Assembly (NCBI GenBank): GCA_017395545.1
Contig: JAFPUF010000130.1
Span: forward strand, 435-64,434
From: Treponema sp.
GTDB taxonomy: Bacteria > Spirochaetota > Spirochaetia > Treponematales > Treponemataceae
DNA: 64,000 bases
Reading direction: 5' to 3'
The position numbers and the translations under genes are program-made. Below the pieces are notes generated by a model. It searched no databases, was not told the DNA's origin, and was given only the letters and a program-made list of their open reading frames with translations. Below, piece by piece: positions 8,668 to 18,995 of the stretch (the first letter of the stretch is position 1; each line of letters begins with the position of its first letter).

Positions 8668-9998
8668 GCCCACAAAAGCCAGAGAAAGATTGCGGCTGCC
8701 GCAGTCGTAATCAGTGTGAATGTGCCGCCCAGTTTGAGCCATTTTCCAAAGCTCATCGGGTGGCCTTCTTTTTTTACGATGCCCATCGCGACGACATTTG
8801 CGCTTGCTCCGAAAGGCGTGAGGTTTCCACCGAGGCAGGAACCAATCAGAAGTGCGAAAAGGAAAAGTTCCGGATTGATTCCCATCGTTTCCGCCATATT
8901 TCCGGCTACCGGGAGCATTACGATGATGTAAGGAACATTGTCAACGAAGCCTGAGATGAAAATCGACACCGCAAGAATCAGGATGAAGCCAGCGAATTTG
9001 CTTCCGCCGGTGATATGGGAAAGCCAGCCTGCAAAATCTTTGAGAAGACCTGTTTCGCTTATTGCACCGACTACGACGAAAATTCCGATTAAAAATGCGA
9101 TTGTCTCCCAGTCGAGGCCTTTGATGAGTTCCCAGGTTTCGCTTCCTGTTTTTTTCTGAGAAAAAAGGTACCAGAGAATGCCGGTTACGCCCAGAAGCAT
9201 TACGAATCCGCCCGAAAGGAACGGAATTTCGTTCGGGATGAAAGAAATCGCCGCAAGACCGAAAATCAACGAGAGGAGAAGAATTGCCGGAACTACGGAA
9301 ATGATTTGCTCTCCCTCAACCTCGGTCTTTTCTTTGAGGCGAGCGAAAACAGCGTAAAAGAAAACACAGCCCGCAAGCAAGCCTGTCTGAACGATGAAGA
9401 AAATTGAAAGATGGCCGTTGTGAACGAAAAAGTCGTTGAAAGTGTAGCCCGCATAGCTTGCAAATATCATGCTTGGAGGGTCGCCCACAAGAGTTGCCGT
9501 TCCCTCAAGGTTTGACATTACTGCCAGTCCTACCATAAACATTGTCGGGTTCATCTTGAGTTTTTTGCACAGAGAAAGCGCAATCGGAGCCATAACAAGC
9601 ACAGTTGCGACATTCTCAACAAAAATAGAGATGATGCCGGTCATCGCGAGAATCAGAACAATCGCAATTCCTGTAGAAGGGCTTGTCTTTACAATCCAGT
9701 CAGCGATTTTCGCAGGAACTTTTGAGTACAGAAACAGAGCCGCAATCGTCATGCTGCCGACATAAATCATAAGGACATTCCAGTTTACGAGCGAAGTGAA
9801 TGCGTGCGTCAGCGCGTAAAACTGCGTGTTTCCGGTCGTAAAAATGCAGCCCGGGAAAGCAATTCCGAGAAGAATTATAAGAATTGCCGCAGAAGTCGTG
9901 AAAATCACTTTTTTGTCCTGCTTTGCGATTACGAGAACGTACATTAAAACCGCAATTGCAAGAACAAAGTACTTAAGATAAACCGGTAAAATAGACAT
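8664..9998 (-). CDS. ArsB/NhaD (SLC13/IT superfamily) anion permease
   Basis: Multi-TM; SIFVENVATV, ATLVGDPP, SGFVDNVP, LGGNLTPFGASANVV. Confidence 0.85.
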   Translation of the reverse strand: MSILPVYLKYFVLAIAVLMYVLVIAKQDKKVIFTTSAAILIILLGIAFPGCIFTTGNTQFYALTHAFTSLVNWNVLMIYVGSMTIAALFLYSKVPAKIADWIVKTSPSTGIAIVLILAMTGIISIFVENVATVLVMAPIALSLCKKLKMNPTMFMVGLAVMSNLEGTATLVGDPPSMIFASYAGYTFNDFFVHNGHLSIFFIVQTGLLAGCVFFYAVFARLKEKTEVEGEQIISVVPAILLLSLIFGLAAISFIPNEIPFLSGGFVMLLGVTGILWYLFSQKKTGSETWELIKGLDWETIAFLIGIFVVVGAISETGLLKDFAGWLSHITGGSKFAGFILILAVSIFISGFVDNVPYIIVMLPVAGNMAETMGINPELFLFALLIGSCLGGNLTPFGASANVVAMGIVKKEGHPMSFGKWLKLGGTFTLITTAAAAIFLWLLWA

Positions 9999-10001
9999 GG
10001 A

Positions 10002-11390
10002 CTACTCCTGAATCTGAGATTCTTTTTTCATCTGTTTGAATTCTTTGTTCATGAAGACAAACATGGAAATGGCAATTATGATTGAAACTATGTCTGCGAT
10101 TGGCTGCGAAAGAATAAGACCTTCGAGACCTATCAGTTTGTTCATAATGATTGTACACGGAACGAAAACGAAACCCTGACGGCTGATTGCAAGTGCCAGA
10201 GATTCCTTTGCCTTGCCCATTGCCTGGAACGAGAAGTTCAGAACGAACAGAATTCCCAGAAGCGGACTTGAGAACATGAGAGCGCGGAGCATTTTTACGC
10301 CTGTTTCGATTACGATGTCCGAAGGATTCTTTATGAATACGCTTACGATTTCCTGAGTAAAAATCAAATAAAGAATAGTGAGCAATACCCCGGAAATAAT
10401 ATTGCTTAAAATTGAGAATTTCATTACGCCTTTCATTCTTTTGAAATTTCGTGCTCCGAAATTATATCCGACTAAAGGCTGCATTCCCGCCGCAAGGCCG
10501 AGCTGAACGAAAACTACGAGCATGTTGGCTTTCATTGCAATTCCCATGCCTGTGACCGCAAAATCTCCGTAAACGACGAGAAATTTGTTCATGAGAATGT
10601 TGCTGAGGCTCATCAGAATATTTGTGATTGAAGCCGGAAGGCCAATCAGAAGAACGCCTTTTAAGATTCCGTTCCGGACTGCAAAATATTTCGGGCTCAG
10701 GGTGAGGATTGAGGTTGGTTTTAATACATGCGCAAAGTAAATTACAATGGAAACGAGATTTCCAATTACGGTAGCAATTGCCGCACCCGCAACTCCAAGA
10801 CCGAGACACGGAATGCCGAAGAAAGAGTCAAGGATGAAAACCGGGTCGAGGATGATGTTTGCGACAGTTCCGGCCATCATTCCTTTCATTGAGCTCTGGG
10901 CAGCGCCCTCACCGCGGATAAGGTTTGTGAAAGCCGTTGAGATTACGATTGCCGGGCCTCCGTAAGCAATCCATGAAAGGTAAGACTTTGCGAAACCGAA
11001 AGTGTTCTCGCTCGTGCCGACTGCGTGGAGAATCTGAGTCATAAAAGTGAGCATCAGAATCGCGCCGAGAATGCCTGTTATAAGGCCTGCGTACAGACAG
11101 AAAGAACTGATTTTTTTTGCCTTGTCATATTGCTTTTCGCCGAGGGCACGGCTTAAGAAGGAAGAGCCGCCCATACCGAAGATATTTCCGGCAGCCATAA
11201 AAAACAAAAATACCGGAGTCGCCACACTCACAGCGGCAACCTGGTTAGGGTCGCCCGTTCTTCCTACGAAAAATGTGTCCACCATATTGTAAAAGACAGC
11301 AACAATCATGCTCAAAACTGTAGGAATAGCCAGTTTGAAGACCGCTTTTGGAATCGGGTCTTTTTCAAATACATCGATATTCTTTATCAT
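10002..11390 (-). CDS. MATE family efflux transporter
   Basis: LAIPTVLSM..YNMVDTFFVG, NIILDPVFI, GAAIATVIG, QPLVGYNFGA. Start at ATG 11390 behind TTGACA-17-TTTAAT. Confidence 0.92.
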   Translation of the reverse strand: MIKNIDVFEKDPIPKAVFKLAIPTVLSMIVAVFYNMVDTFFVGRTGDPNQVAAVSVATPVFLFFMAAGNIFGMGGSSFLSRALGEKQYDKAKKISSFCLYAGLITGILGAILMLTFMTQILHAVGTSENTFGFAKSYLSWIAYGGPAIVISTAFTNLIRGEGAAQSSMKGMMAGTVANIILDPVFILDSFFGIPCLGLGVAGAAIATVIGNLVSIVIYFAHVLKPTSILTLSPKYFAVRNGILKGVLLIGLPASITNILMSLSNILMNKFLVVYGDFAVTGMGIAMKANMLVVFVQLGLAAGMQPLVGYNFGARNFKRMKGVMKFSILSNIISGVLLTILYLIFTQEIVSVFIKNPSDIVIETGVKMLRALMFSSPLLGILFVLNFSFQAMGKAKESLALAISRQGFVFVPCTIIMNKLIGLEGLILSQPIADIVSIIIAISMFVFMNKEFKQMKKESQIQE

Positions 11391-11460
11391 AGAATGAATT
11401 AAACAGAAAAGTGTAAAAAATGTCAACAAACGACAAAGAAGGGTAAAAGTGGAAGAGGAT

Positions 11461-11536
11461 AAACGGATTTGCCCAGGTCTACGACCTTCGCTTTTTTTTA
11501 TAGGTGAGTGCCGTCAGGCACGAACAAATCCGTTTG
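11461..11536. mobile_element. MITE-like ~76-bp element, family B
   Basis: Terminal inverted repeats AAACGGATTTG/CAAATCCGTTT; internal mini-hairpins; related copies at 30515-30594 and 29311-29343. Confidence 0.6.
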
Positions 11537-11546
11537 TTTTATAAAA

Positions 11547-11771
11547 TTAGAAGTTGACTACTCTCAGAATCTTTCCTGTGAAAAGAACGCAGAGAAGGTC
11601 AAGAAGCCAGATGATGTTCCAACCCAAAAAGAGTCGGAGCAGGCCTGCGATAATCTTACCTTCCTGAAATCTTGTCAAAAATCCACAAAGCCAAGATGTG
11701 AAAGGGATAATCGCAAGAATCAAGCTTACAAGCCAGGGAAGTCCGAAATAATCTTTTGATGATTTAGCCAT
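11547..11771 (-). CDS. Small hypothetical membrane protein (74 aa)
   Basis: GGAG RBS right after the ilvC stop; hydrophobic segments. Confidence 0.7.
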   Translation of the reverse strand: MAKSSKDYFGLPWLVSLILAIIPFTSWLCGFLTRFQEGKIIAGLLRLFLGWNIIWLLDLLCVLFTGKILRVVNF

Positions 11772-11781
11772 AATTTTCTCC

Positions 11782-13260
11782 TTACAGAACAGGCTTCATT
11801 GCTGTCATGTAAGCGCGGAGTTTGCGTCCGACAACCTCGATTGGGTGGTTGCGGATTTCGGCGTTTACATTGACAAGCTCAGTGTTGTTTACGCTTGTGT
11901 CTTTGTTTGACAGTCCCTTACCGATAACTTCTGTTGTTACTTTTGGCATAAGGTCTTTTGCCATCATTGGAGCGGCGACTCGTGCGAAGAGGTAGCATCC
12001 GTATTCTGCTGTATCGGAAATTACGCGGTTCATCTCGTAGAGACGTTTGCGGTCGATGAGGTTTGCGATGAGAGGAACTTCGTGGAGTGATTCGTAGTAT
12101 GCTGATTCAGGTTTGATTCCAGCGTCAACCATTGTCTCGAATGCAAGCTCACATCCGGCTTTGACCATTGCAACCATGAGGATGCCCTTGTCGAAGTATT
12201 CCTGCTCGGTGATTTCTTCTTTTGACTCTTCGGTTTTCTCGAATGGGAGAGCACCTGTTTCAGCGCGCCATGCGAGAAGGTCTTTGTCTCCGGCTTTCCA
12301 GTCTTCCATCATTGTTGATGAGAATTTGCCAGAAATGATGTCGTCCATGTGTTTCTGATACAATGGAGCGAGAAGCTTTTTGATTTCTTTTGAAAGCTCG
12401 TTTGCCTTGATTTTTGCTGGGTTTGAGAGACGATCCATCATGTTTGTGATGCCGCCCCATTTGAGAGCCTCGCTGATTACGTTCCAGCCGTGCATCAAAA
12501 GTTTTGTGGCGTACTCAGGGGCGATTCCCTCAGAGACCATTTTGTCGTAGCAAACGATTGTACCAGCCTGGAGCATACCGCAGAGGATTGTCTGCTCGCC
12601 CATGAGGTCAGATTTAACCTCGGCGACGAAGCTTGACTCAAGAACGCCGGCTTTTGAACCACCCATGCCGACAGCCAGAGCCTTTGCGTAAGCCCAGCCC
12701 TTGCCTTCCGGGTCGTTTACAGGGTGAACTGCGATAAGGTCAGGAACACCGAATCCGCGCTGGAATTCGTGCCAAACTTCTGTACCTGGTCCTTTTGGAG
12801 CGCACATAACGACGGTGATATCTGGTCTGATCTGCATTCCCTCTTCAATCATGTTGAAGCCGTGGCTGTACCAGAGGGCAGAGCCTTTCTTCATGCGCTT
12901 CATGACTTCTGAAATTACTTTTGAGTGCTGCTTATCCGGAGTGAGGTTTCCCACCAGGTCGGCTGTCGGGATAAGCTCGTCATAAGTTCCGACTTTGAAA
13001 CCGTTCTCTGTGGCGTTCTTCCAAGACTGGCGTTTCTGAGCGATTGCCTCTTCGCGCAGGGCGTAAGAAACATCCAGGCCTGAGTCGCGCAGACAGAGGC
13101 CCTGGTTCAAGCCCTGTGCACCACAACCGACGATTACGATTTTTTTGCCTTTGAGAGCGTTAACTCCGTCAGCGAATTCTTCTTTTGCCATTGAGCGGCA
13201 GTGACCGAGCTGCAAACGAGCCTCGCGCCACGGAATTGAATTAAAATAGTTGTTTCCCAT
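11782..13260 (-). CDS. ilvC: Ketol-acid reductoisomerase, long (class II) form
   Basis: [28 protein letters not shown], duplicated C-terminal domain ([17 protein letters not shown]). Confidence 0.97.
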   Translation of the reverse strand: MGNNYFNSIPWREARLQLGHCRSMAKEEFADGVNALKGKKIVIVGCGAQGLNQGLCLRDSGLDVSYALREEAIAQKRQSWKNATENGFKVGTYDELIPTADLVGNLTPDKQHSKVISEVMKRMKKGSALWYSHGFNMIEEGMQIRPDITVVMCAPKGPGTEVWHEFQRGFGVPDLIAVHPVNDPEGKGWAYAKALAVGMGGSKAGVLESSFVAEVKSDLMGEQTILCGMLQAGTIVCYDKMVSEGIAPEYATKLLMHGWNVISEALKWGGITNMMDRLSNPAKIKANELSKEIKKLLAPLYQKHMDDIISGKFSSTMMEDWKAGDKDLLAWRAETGALPFEKTEESKEEITEQEYFDKGILMVAMVKAGCELAFETMVDAGIKPESAYYESLHEVPLIANLIDRKRLYEMNRVISDTAEYGCYLFARVAAPMMAKDLMPKVTTEVIGKGLSNKDTSVNNTELVNVNAEIRNHPIEVVGRKLRAYMTAMKPVL

Positions 13261-13438
13261 TTTTTTTCCTCTAAAAAATAATTTTAATTTTATTATATGG
13301 ATTTTTGTTGGTGAGTAAAGTGCAATAATTTAACTTTATTGTTGAGAAAAATGCAATATGAGCAATCTTTCTTGCAGCGGAGGGTGGGGCAGTGTAAAAA
13401 TTTTTGCCATATTCCGTTTTCTAGTTTATAATGTTCCT

Positions 13439-14923
13439 ATGCAGAAATTATATCTTGAAACGCAAAAACTTGATGCATCCTGCCGCGCATCTTATGGTCT
13501 TACTGAAGAAATCATGATGGAAAATGCGGCAATGGCCCTTGAAGATGCTGTCCGTAACCCGAACCCGCCGGGAAAGGACCGCAGACAGCCGCAGAAAATT
13601 CTTATCCTTTGCGGTGGCGGAAATAACGGCGCTGACGGCTACACTCTTTCCCGTCGCCTTCGCTTTGATTACGATGTCACTATAGTTCAGTTTTTTGAGC
13701 CGAAAAGCGATCTTTGTAAGCTTCAGGCAGAACGTGCAGAAAAATGCGGGGTCCGCTTCGTAAAGCGCGAAGATTTGTCTTTTTATGATATCCGTTTTAC
13801 CGACATTATCGTTGACTGTGTTTTTGGAAGCGGTTTCCACGGTGAGCTTGACAGAAAAACTCATGAGTCACTCGGAGACATGAATCTCTGTGAGTGTTTA
13901 AAAATATCCTGCGATGTTCCGACCGGCGTTCGTGAGGATGGAACCGTTTCGGACGGTGCTTTCGCCGCTGATTTAACGGTCACGATGGGAGCTTTAAAAA
14001 CCTGTCTTTACAGTGATGCCGCAAAAGATTTTGCCGGTGTCATTCGCTGCGGAGAACTTGGCGTTAACCGCCGCCTTTATGAGAATTCCAGCAATGCCAA
14101 CCTCGTAAAAGCTTATCTTCTCGAAGAAAGTGATTTGATTCTCCCGAACCGCGGACTGAATAACGTTAACAAAGGTAGTTTCGGACATGTCGTTGTTGCC
14201 TGTGGTGAAAAACAGGGGGCGGCAATCATCGCAGGAAACGCAGCCCTTCGTTTCGGAGCCGGGCTCGTCACTCTGTTCCAGAAACACAGCGCCAAAAAAA
14301 CAGAATTTGAGATTTCACCCGAACTCATCAGTTCTACTGAAATCCCTGAGAATACGAACGTAATTGCTTTTGGAATGGGACTCGGCCGTAAAGATGATGT
14401 GTGCCAGTACTATTTCGATTATATTCTTGCACATCCGGTTATACGCTGCGTTATTGATGCCGATGCCTGCTATGCCTCGGGTCTCAAAGATTTCCTCGAA
14501 AAGAAAGAAAAAGGTGTGGTTCTCACTCCTCATCCGAAAGAATTCCAGGCAATCCTTAAAAACTGCGGTCTGGGTGAATATACAGTCGAAGAATGTGTCG
14601 TAAACAGAATGGACCTTCTTGAGAAATTCTGCAGAAAATACCCGAAGCGGACGATTATTCTCAAAGGCGCGAATTGTATGATTGCAAACTTCGACGGATA
14701 TAAATTCAAGCTGCTTGTAAACACTTTCGGCCAGCCGTGTCTTGCGAAGGCGGGCAGCGGGGATGTTCTTTCAGGAATGGTCGCCGCCCTTCTTGCTCAG
14801 CACAGAAAATCCCTTGACTGCGCAGTCGGTGCTTCCCTCGCTCATGCGCTTGCATCGCATAAAATCGAGTGCGATTACGCGATGACTCCGTTTGACCTGA
14901 TTGAAGCCCTGAAAAAACTGTAA
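13439..14923 (+). CDS. nnr: Bifunctional NAD(P)H-hydrate epimerase/dehydratase (YjeF)
   Basis: MMENAA, GGGNNGADG, NKGSFGHV, VIDADA, TPHPKEF, AKAGSGDVLSG. TTGCCA-17-TATAAT ends 6 nt before ATG 13439. Confidence 0.93.
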   Translation: MQKLYLETQKLDASCRASYGLTEEIMMENAAMALEDAVRNPNPPGKDRRQPQKILILCGGGNNGADGYTLSRRLRFDYDVTIVQFFEPKSDLCKLQAERAEKCGVRFVKREDLSFYDIRFTDIIVDCVFGSGFHGELDRKTHESLGDMNLCECLKISCDVPTGVREDGTVSDGAFAADLTVTMGALKTCLYSDAAKDFAGVIRCGELGVNRRLYENSSNANLVKAYLLEESDLILPNRGLNNVNKGSFGHVVVACGEKQGAAIIAGNAALRFGAGLVTLFQKHSAKKTEFEISPELISSTEIPENTNVIAFGMGLGRKDDVCQYYFDYILAHPVIRCVIDADACYASGLKDFLEKKEKGVVLTPHPKEFQAILKNCGLGEYTVEECVVNRMDLLEKFCRKYPKRTIILKGANCMIANFDGYKFKLLVNTFGQPCLAKAGSGDVLSGMVAALLAQHRKSLDCAVGASLAHALASHKIECDYAMTPFDLIEALKKL

Positions 14924-14937
14924 TTCCTTAAGCCTCG

Positions 14938-15807
14938 TTACCGGCGGCTTTTTAGTTTTCCCAGCTCTATGAAGTTCATATGTGCCTTTTCTTTTGCAGA
15001 AATATGGCGCGGGGGCTGGGAAGACTTTTTTTCTTTCTGCGTTTCATGCTGATTTCTGGTGTAATCCGCATTCTTCCTGCCCTGTGTATTTGTTCTTGCG
15101 AATTCTTCCCATTCTTTGTCTTCAGGAATTTCAAATTTCATCTTCTTGTTTGTTACCGGATGTGTAAATTCCAGGGTGCGTGCGTGAAGGCAGAGGCGTC
15201 CGAAACTGTCGCTTTTTGCTCGGAAATTCCTGTCTCCTTCGAGCGGGTATCCCTTTGAAGAAAGGTGAGCGCGAATCTGGTTCTTTTTGCCGGTATCAAG
15301 GGAAAGCTCGAAAAGTGTGTGCGTTTTGCCCCTTGCGATGACTGTGAAATTTGTGCGTGCCGGTACTGTCTTAATCTTTTTTTCGTCCGGCTGCGATTCT
15401 CCGCCTTTTTTCTGATTTTTTGGAACGAAGCCGATATTGTATGCGTTGAAAGCAAGGTCGTCATCAATCAGACCTGAGTCAGGGAGAAAATCTTTGGGAT
15501 TCTTCGGATTTTCGGCCAGTGCGCGGTAAAGCCGCTCCGTTACGATTGTGTGCCATTCGTCCATAAGTTTTTTCTGTACGGTTTCACTGAGCGCGAACAT
15601 CATCACTCCGCTTGTGTCACGGTCGAGACGGTGTACGGCGAACGGTCTGTGATTTTGTGACCAGGTTCCTTTTTTGCGCATAAGTTCTTCGAGAATGGAA
15701 AGCGCGGACTTGTCCTTGTTCTGCCCCGGAACGCTGAGAAGGCCTTCAGGCTTGTTGATTACGCAGATGTATTCGTCTTCGAAAAGAATTTCAATTTTTT
15801 TGTACAT
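14938..15807 (-). CDS. RluA-family RNA pseudouridine synthase
   Basis: INKPEGLLS, VHRLDRDTSG, TGKKNQIRAH, LCLHA. Start reassigned to MYKK at 15807. Confidence 0.92.
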   Translation of the reverse strand: MYKKIEILFEDEYICVINKPEGLLSVPGQNKDKSALSILEELMRKKGTWSQNHRPFAVHRLDRDTSGVMMFALSETVQKKLMDEWHTIVTERLYRALAENPKNPKDFLPDSGLIDDDLAFNAYNIGFVPKNQKKGGESQPDEKKIKTVPARTNFTVIARGKTHTLFELSLDTGKKNQIRAHLSSKGYPLEGDRNFRAKSDSFGRLCLHARTLEFTHPVTNKKMKFEIPEDKEWEEFARTNTQGRKNADYTRNQHETQKEKKSSQPPRHISAKEKAHMNFIELGKLKSRR

Positions 15808-15910
15808 AAAATTCATTTTATATGATTGCACCTGTTTTGTGAACTTGACTTCTGACACAAAAACAGACTTGTGATACAATGCATTCCGAAAAAAAACTTT
15901 TGGAGAAAAT

Positions 15911-17167
15911 ATGAATATCCTTGAAACTTTAAAAACTACCCTGGCAGAATCCCGCCCGGGGATGATTGAACTTGAGGGCCTTCTGTCTTCGATTCCTGCG
16001 ATTGCACCTGAGAGCGGCGGCGACGGCGAATCAAAAAAATGCGCAGCCCTTGAAAAATGGCTCTGCAAGGCCGGATTCACACAGGAAAATTGCGCCGGGC
16101 TTAAAATTGAGCATTTTGACGCTCCTGACAGCCGTGTTTCTTCCGGCGTGCGGCCGAATGTTGTCCTTACTATCCCTGGAAAAAGCGATGATTATGCAAT
16201 CTGGGTGATGGCTCACATGGATGTCGTTCCGCCAGGAGACTTAAAGCTCTGGAAAAGCGATCCATTCAAGGTTCAGTACGACGAAAAAACTGATAAACTG
16301 ACTGGTCGTGGCGTTGAGGACAACCAGCAGGGGCTTGTCAGCGGTGTCTTTGCAGCCCTGGCACTCCTCAAAAACAAGATTACTCCCGAACATACTGTGA
16401 AACTTCTTTTTATGGCAGATGAAGAATTCGGTTCTCAGTACGGAATCAAATATCTTCTCAAAAAACACCCCAGGATGTTCAGAAAAGAAGATCTGATTCT
16501 GATTCCGGACGGCGGAGACCCGAAAGGCGAGACAATTGAAGTTGCTGAAAAAAACATTCTCTGGCTCCGTCTTCATACGACCGGGCTTCAGAGCCACGGT
16601 TCAATGCCTGATAAAGGAAAAAATGCGCACCTTGCGGCCTGTGACCTTGCATTGCGCCTCAATGACCTTGAAAACTTTTTCAGCGAAAAGGATGATTTGT
16701 TCACTCCGAACTACTCGACCTTCCAGCCTACCAAAAAAGAAGCAAATGTCGAGACCGTGAATATTATCCCTGGTGACGATGTGTTCTACATGGACTGTAG
16801 AATTTTGCCGCGATATTCTCTTGATATGGTTCGTGCCGAAGTGAATAAGCGTGTCGCTGAAGTCGAAGAAAAATACGGTGTTAAAATTGAAGTGAGCGAG
16901 CCTCAGGCGCAGCAGTCACCTGCAACTCCGGCTGATGCCCTGGTGGTCAAAAAACTCGCCGAGGCAATCAAAAAAGCCCACGGATTTGAAGCGCGCCCGA
17001 TTGGAATCGGCGGCGGTACGGTAGGAGCAGAACTTCGCTGCTGTGGCTTCAACGCCGCAATCTGGTCAACGATGGACGAAGTGTGCCACCAGCCGAACGA
17101 ATACTGCTATGTAAGGAATATCATCGCAGACGCAGATACCTTGTGCGCGATGTTTATAGAGGCCTAA
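15911..17167 (+). CDS. M20 family metallohydrolase (ArgE/DapE-like)
   Basis: AHMDVVP, GRGVEDN, ADEEFGS, HGSMP, HQPNEY; GGAG RBS. Confidence 0.9.
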   Translation: MNILETLKTTLAESRPGMIELEGLLSSIPAIAPESGGDGESKKCAALEKWLCKAGFTQENCAGLKIEHFDAPDSRVSSGVRPNVVLTIPGKSDDYAIWVMAHMDVVPPGDLKLWKSDPFKVQYDEKTDKLTGRGVEDNQQGLVSGVFAALALLKNKITPEHTVKLLFMADEEFGSQYGIKYLLKKHPRMFRKEDLILIPDGGDPKGETIEVAEKNILWLRLHTTGLQSHGSMPDKGKNAHLAACDLALRLNDLENFFSEKDDLFTPNYSTFQPTKKEANVETVNIIPGDDVFYMDCRILPRYSLDMVRAEVNKRVAEVEEKYGVKIEVSEPQAQQSPATPADALVVKKLAEAIKKAHGFEARPIGIGGGTVGAELRCCGFNAAIWSTMDEVCHQPNEYCYVRNIIADADTLCAMFIEA

Positions 17168-18141
17168 TCGCTTCCGACAATCAGATAGTAGATTCTGTTG
17201 AGGTCGTCTTTCGTAAAGAACTGAACTTCGAGACTTCCCCGTTCCATTGTGCCTTTTATCTGCACTTTTGTGCCGAGCTTTTCGATGAATTTCTGCTCGA
17301 GCTCGACAATGTTCGGGTCTTTGTTCTCGTTTTTCGGTTCTTTCGGCTTTTTTGTGCCGTTTCCGGCCCCTTCATTGAGGGTGCGTGCCATTTCTTCGGC
17401 ATCACGGACATTCATTCCGTTGCCGATGATTTTTGCGAACAGAATACGCATGTCTGCGCTGTCTTTTACTGCGAGAAGAGCGCGGGCGTGACCGGCTGTG
17501 ATGTGTCCCTGAACGAGGGAAGTGCGCATATCCTCAGGAAGTTTTAAAAGACGGACGGCGTTTGCGACTGTCGAGCGGTTTTTTCCGACTCTGGCCGCAA
17601 CCTGCTCCTGACTGAGACCTGAGATTTCCATTAACTGATAATAGGCTTCGGCTTCTTCAATCGGGTTTAAGTCTTCGCGCTGAATGTTTTCGATGAGCGC
17701 AATCTCAAGTTTTTTCTGATCGTTGAATTTTCTGAGCTGAACAGGAACTTCTGAAAGCCCCGCAAGTTTCGCTGCCCTTGTGCGGCGTTCACCTGCAATG
17801 ATGTAGAATGTTCCGTCTCCGGCATCTTCGACCGTAATCGACTGGAGGATTCCGTGCTCACGGATTGAGTCCGCAAGCTCGTTGAGCGCATCTTCTTCAA
17901 ATTCTTTTCGCGGCTGATGAGGGTTCGGTTTGAGTAAATCAACGCTGAGCCAGAGCTGCCCGTTCTCGTCGGCATTTATTCCTGCCGGGAGATTTTTCGG
18001 AGCCGGAACTGCAGCTCCCGCCTGTGAAGAGGCACTGTTTTGTGAGACTGCGCTGGATTCTGAGGCCGGGGATGATTCTTCGGATTTGTGAATGCCGAAA
18101 ACAGAATCAGCTCCTCGTCCAAGCCCGAATTTATTAGCCAC
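17164..18141 (-). CDS. parB: ParB/Spo0J partitioning protein
   Basis: GLGRG N-terminus, PNPHQPRK, IIAGERR.RA, ALIENIQREDL, HTH GKNRSTVAN. Confidence 0.95.
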   Translation of the reverse strand: MANKFGLGRGADSVFGIHKSEESSPASESSAVSQNSASSQAGAAVPAPKNLPAGINADENGQLWLSVDLLKPNPHQPRKEFEEDALNELADSIREHGILQSITVEDAGDGTFYIIAGERRTRAAKLAGLSEVPVQLRKFNDQKKLEIALIENIQREDLNPIEEAEAYYQLMEISGLSQEQVAARVGKNRSTVANAVRLLKLPEDMRTSLVQGHITAGHARALLAVKDSADMRILFAKIIGNGMNVRDAEEMARTLNEGAGNGTKKPKEPKNENKDPNIVELEQKFIEKLGTKVQIKGTMERGSLEVQFFTKDDLNRIYYLIVGSD

Positions 18142-18901
18142 GGCTGATTACCTCTTCTGCAAGTTTTTCATAGCTTTTTGCACCGATACAGGTCGGGTCG
18201 TAAAGACAAATCGGTTTTCCGTGAGAAGGTGCTTCTGAAAGACGGACGTTTCTCGGAACGATTGTATTGAAAAGTTCTTTTGAAAAATATTTTTTGACTT
18301 CTGTGACTACAGCCTGTGAAAGACGTGTGCGGCTGTCGTACATCGTGAAGAAAACGCCTTCGATTTTGAGGTTCGGGTTGTAAGTTTCCTGAATGCGATT
18401 TTTGCTTTCTATCAAAAGTGCGAGACCTTCGATAGCGAAATATTCACACTGCATCGGAATCAAAACACCGTCAGCAGCGACAAGACCGTTGACTGTCAGA
18501 AGTCCGAGAGACGGAGGACAGTCAATCAGAATGTAGTCATATCTTGAGCGGAGCGGGTCGAGGGCATTCTTGAGGAAGAACATGCGCTCTTTTTCGTCAG
18601 GAACTTTTTCGACAAGTTCGATTGAAAAACCTGCCAGATCGATTGAAGCCGTAACTACATCGAGATTCTCAACTGCTGTTTTTTTGATGCATTCGTCAGC
18701 GGTCTTTTCCTCAATCATGAGTTCATAAATTGTCGGCTTGTCTTTTGTGAGCCCGACACCGCTGGTCATGTTTCCCTGAGAGTCAAAATCCACGAGCAGG
18801 ACTTTTTTGCCGAGCCGTGCCATGTAAGCGCCGATATTGATAGCGGAAGTTGTTTTGCCAACGCCACCCTTCTGATTAACAAAAACAAAAATCTTTCCCA
18901 T
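18134..18901 (-). CDS. parA: ParA/Soj ATPase
   Basis: NQKGGVGKTT, DCPPSLG, PRNVRLSEAPSHG. Confidence 0.95.
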   Translation of the reverse strand: MGKIFVFVNQKGGVGKTTSAINIGAYMARLGKKVLLVDFDSQGNMTSGVGLTKDKPTIYELMIEEKTADECIKKTAVENLDVVTASIDLAGFSIELVEKVPDEKERMFFLKNALDPLRSRYDYILIDCPPSLGLLTVNGLVAADGVLIPMQCEYFAIEGLALLIESKNRIQETYNPNLKIEGVFFTMYDSRTRLSQAVVTEVKKYFSKELFNTIVPRNVRLSEAPSHGKPICLYDPTCIGAKSYEKLAEEVISRG

Positions 18902-18941
18902 ATAATTATCTTATCGGATTTTAAGATAAAAATATATAGGC

Positions 18942-18968
18942 CTGTGAAACATTTTTTTTGTTTCACAG
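18942..18968. promoter_or_regulatory. Inverted repeat CTGTGAAACA-T7-TGTTTCACAG upstream of parA
   Basis: Perfect 10-bp stem made of parS-like half-sites; function inferred. Confidence 0.45.
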
Positions 18969-18995
18969 AGAAAATTGCAAAACCCGGCATTTGAC

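Noticed and set aside
13321-13358. CAATAA-N7-TTATTG and repeated TGCAATA upstream of ilvC as an IlvY-type operator
   Set aside because: No LysR gene adjacent, and such short motifs arise easily in AT-rich DNA.
15808-16080. Long N-terminal extension of the RluA gene in the ORF track (likewise starts 3170, 3238, 11429, 13358, 19725, 26616, 30548)
   Set aside because: Extensions run through promoters, repeats or the opposite gene; downstream ATGs fit promoter or RBS signals and domain starts.
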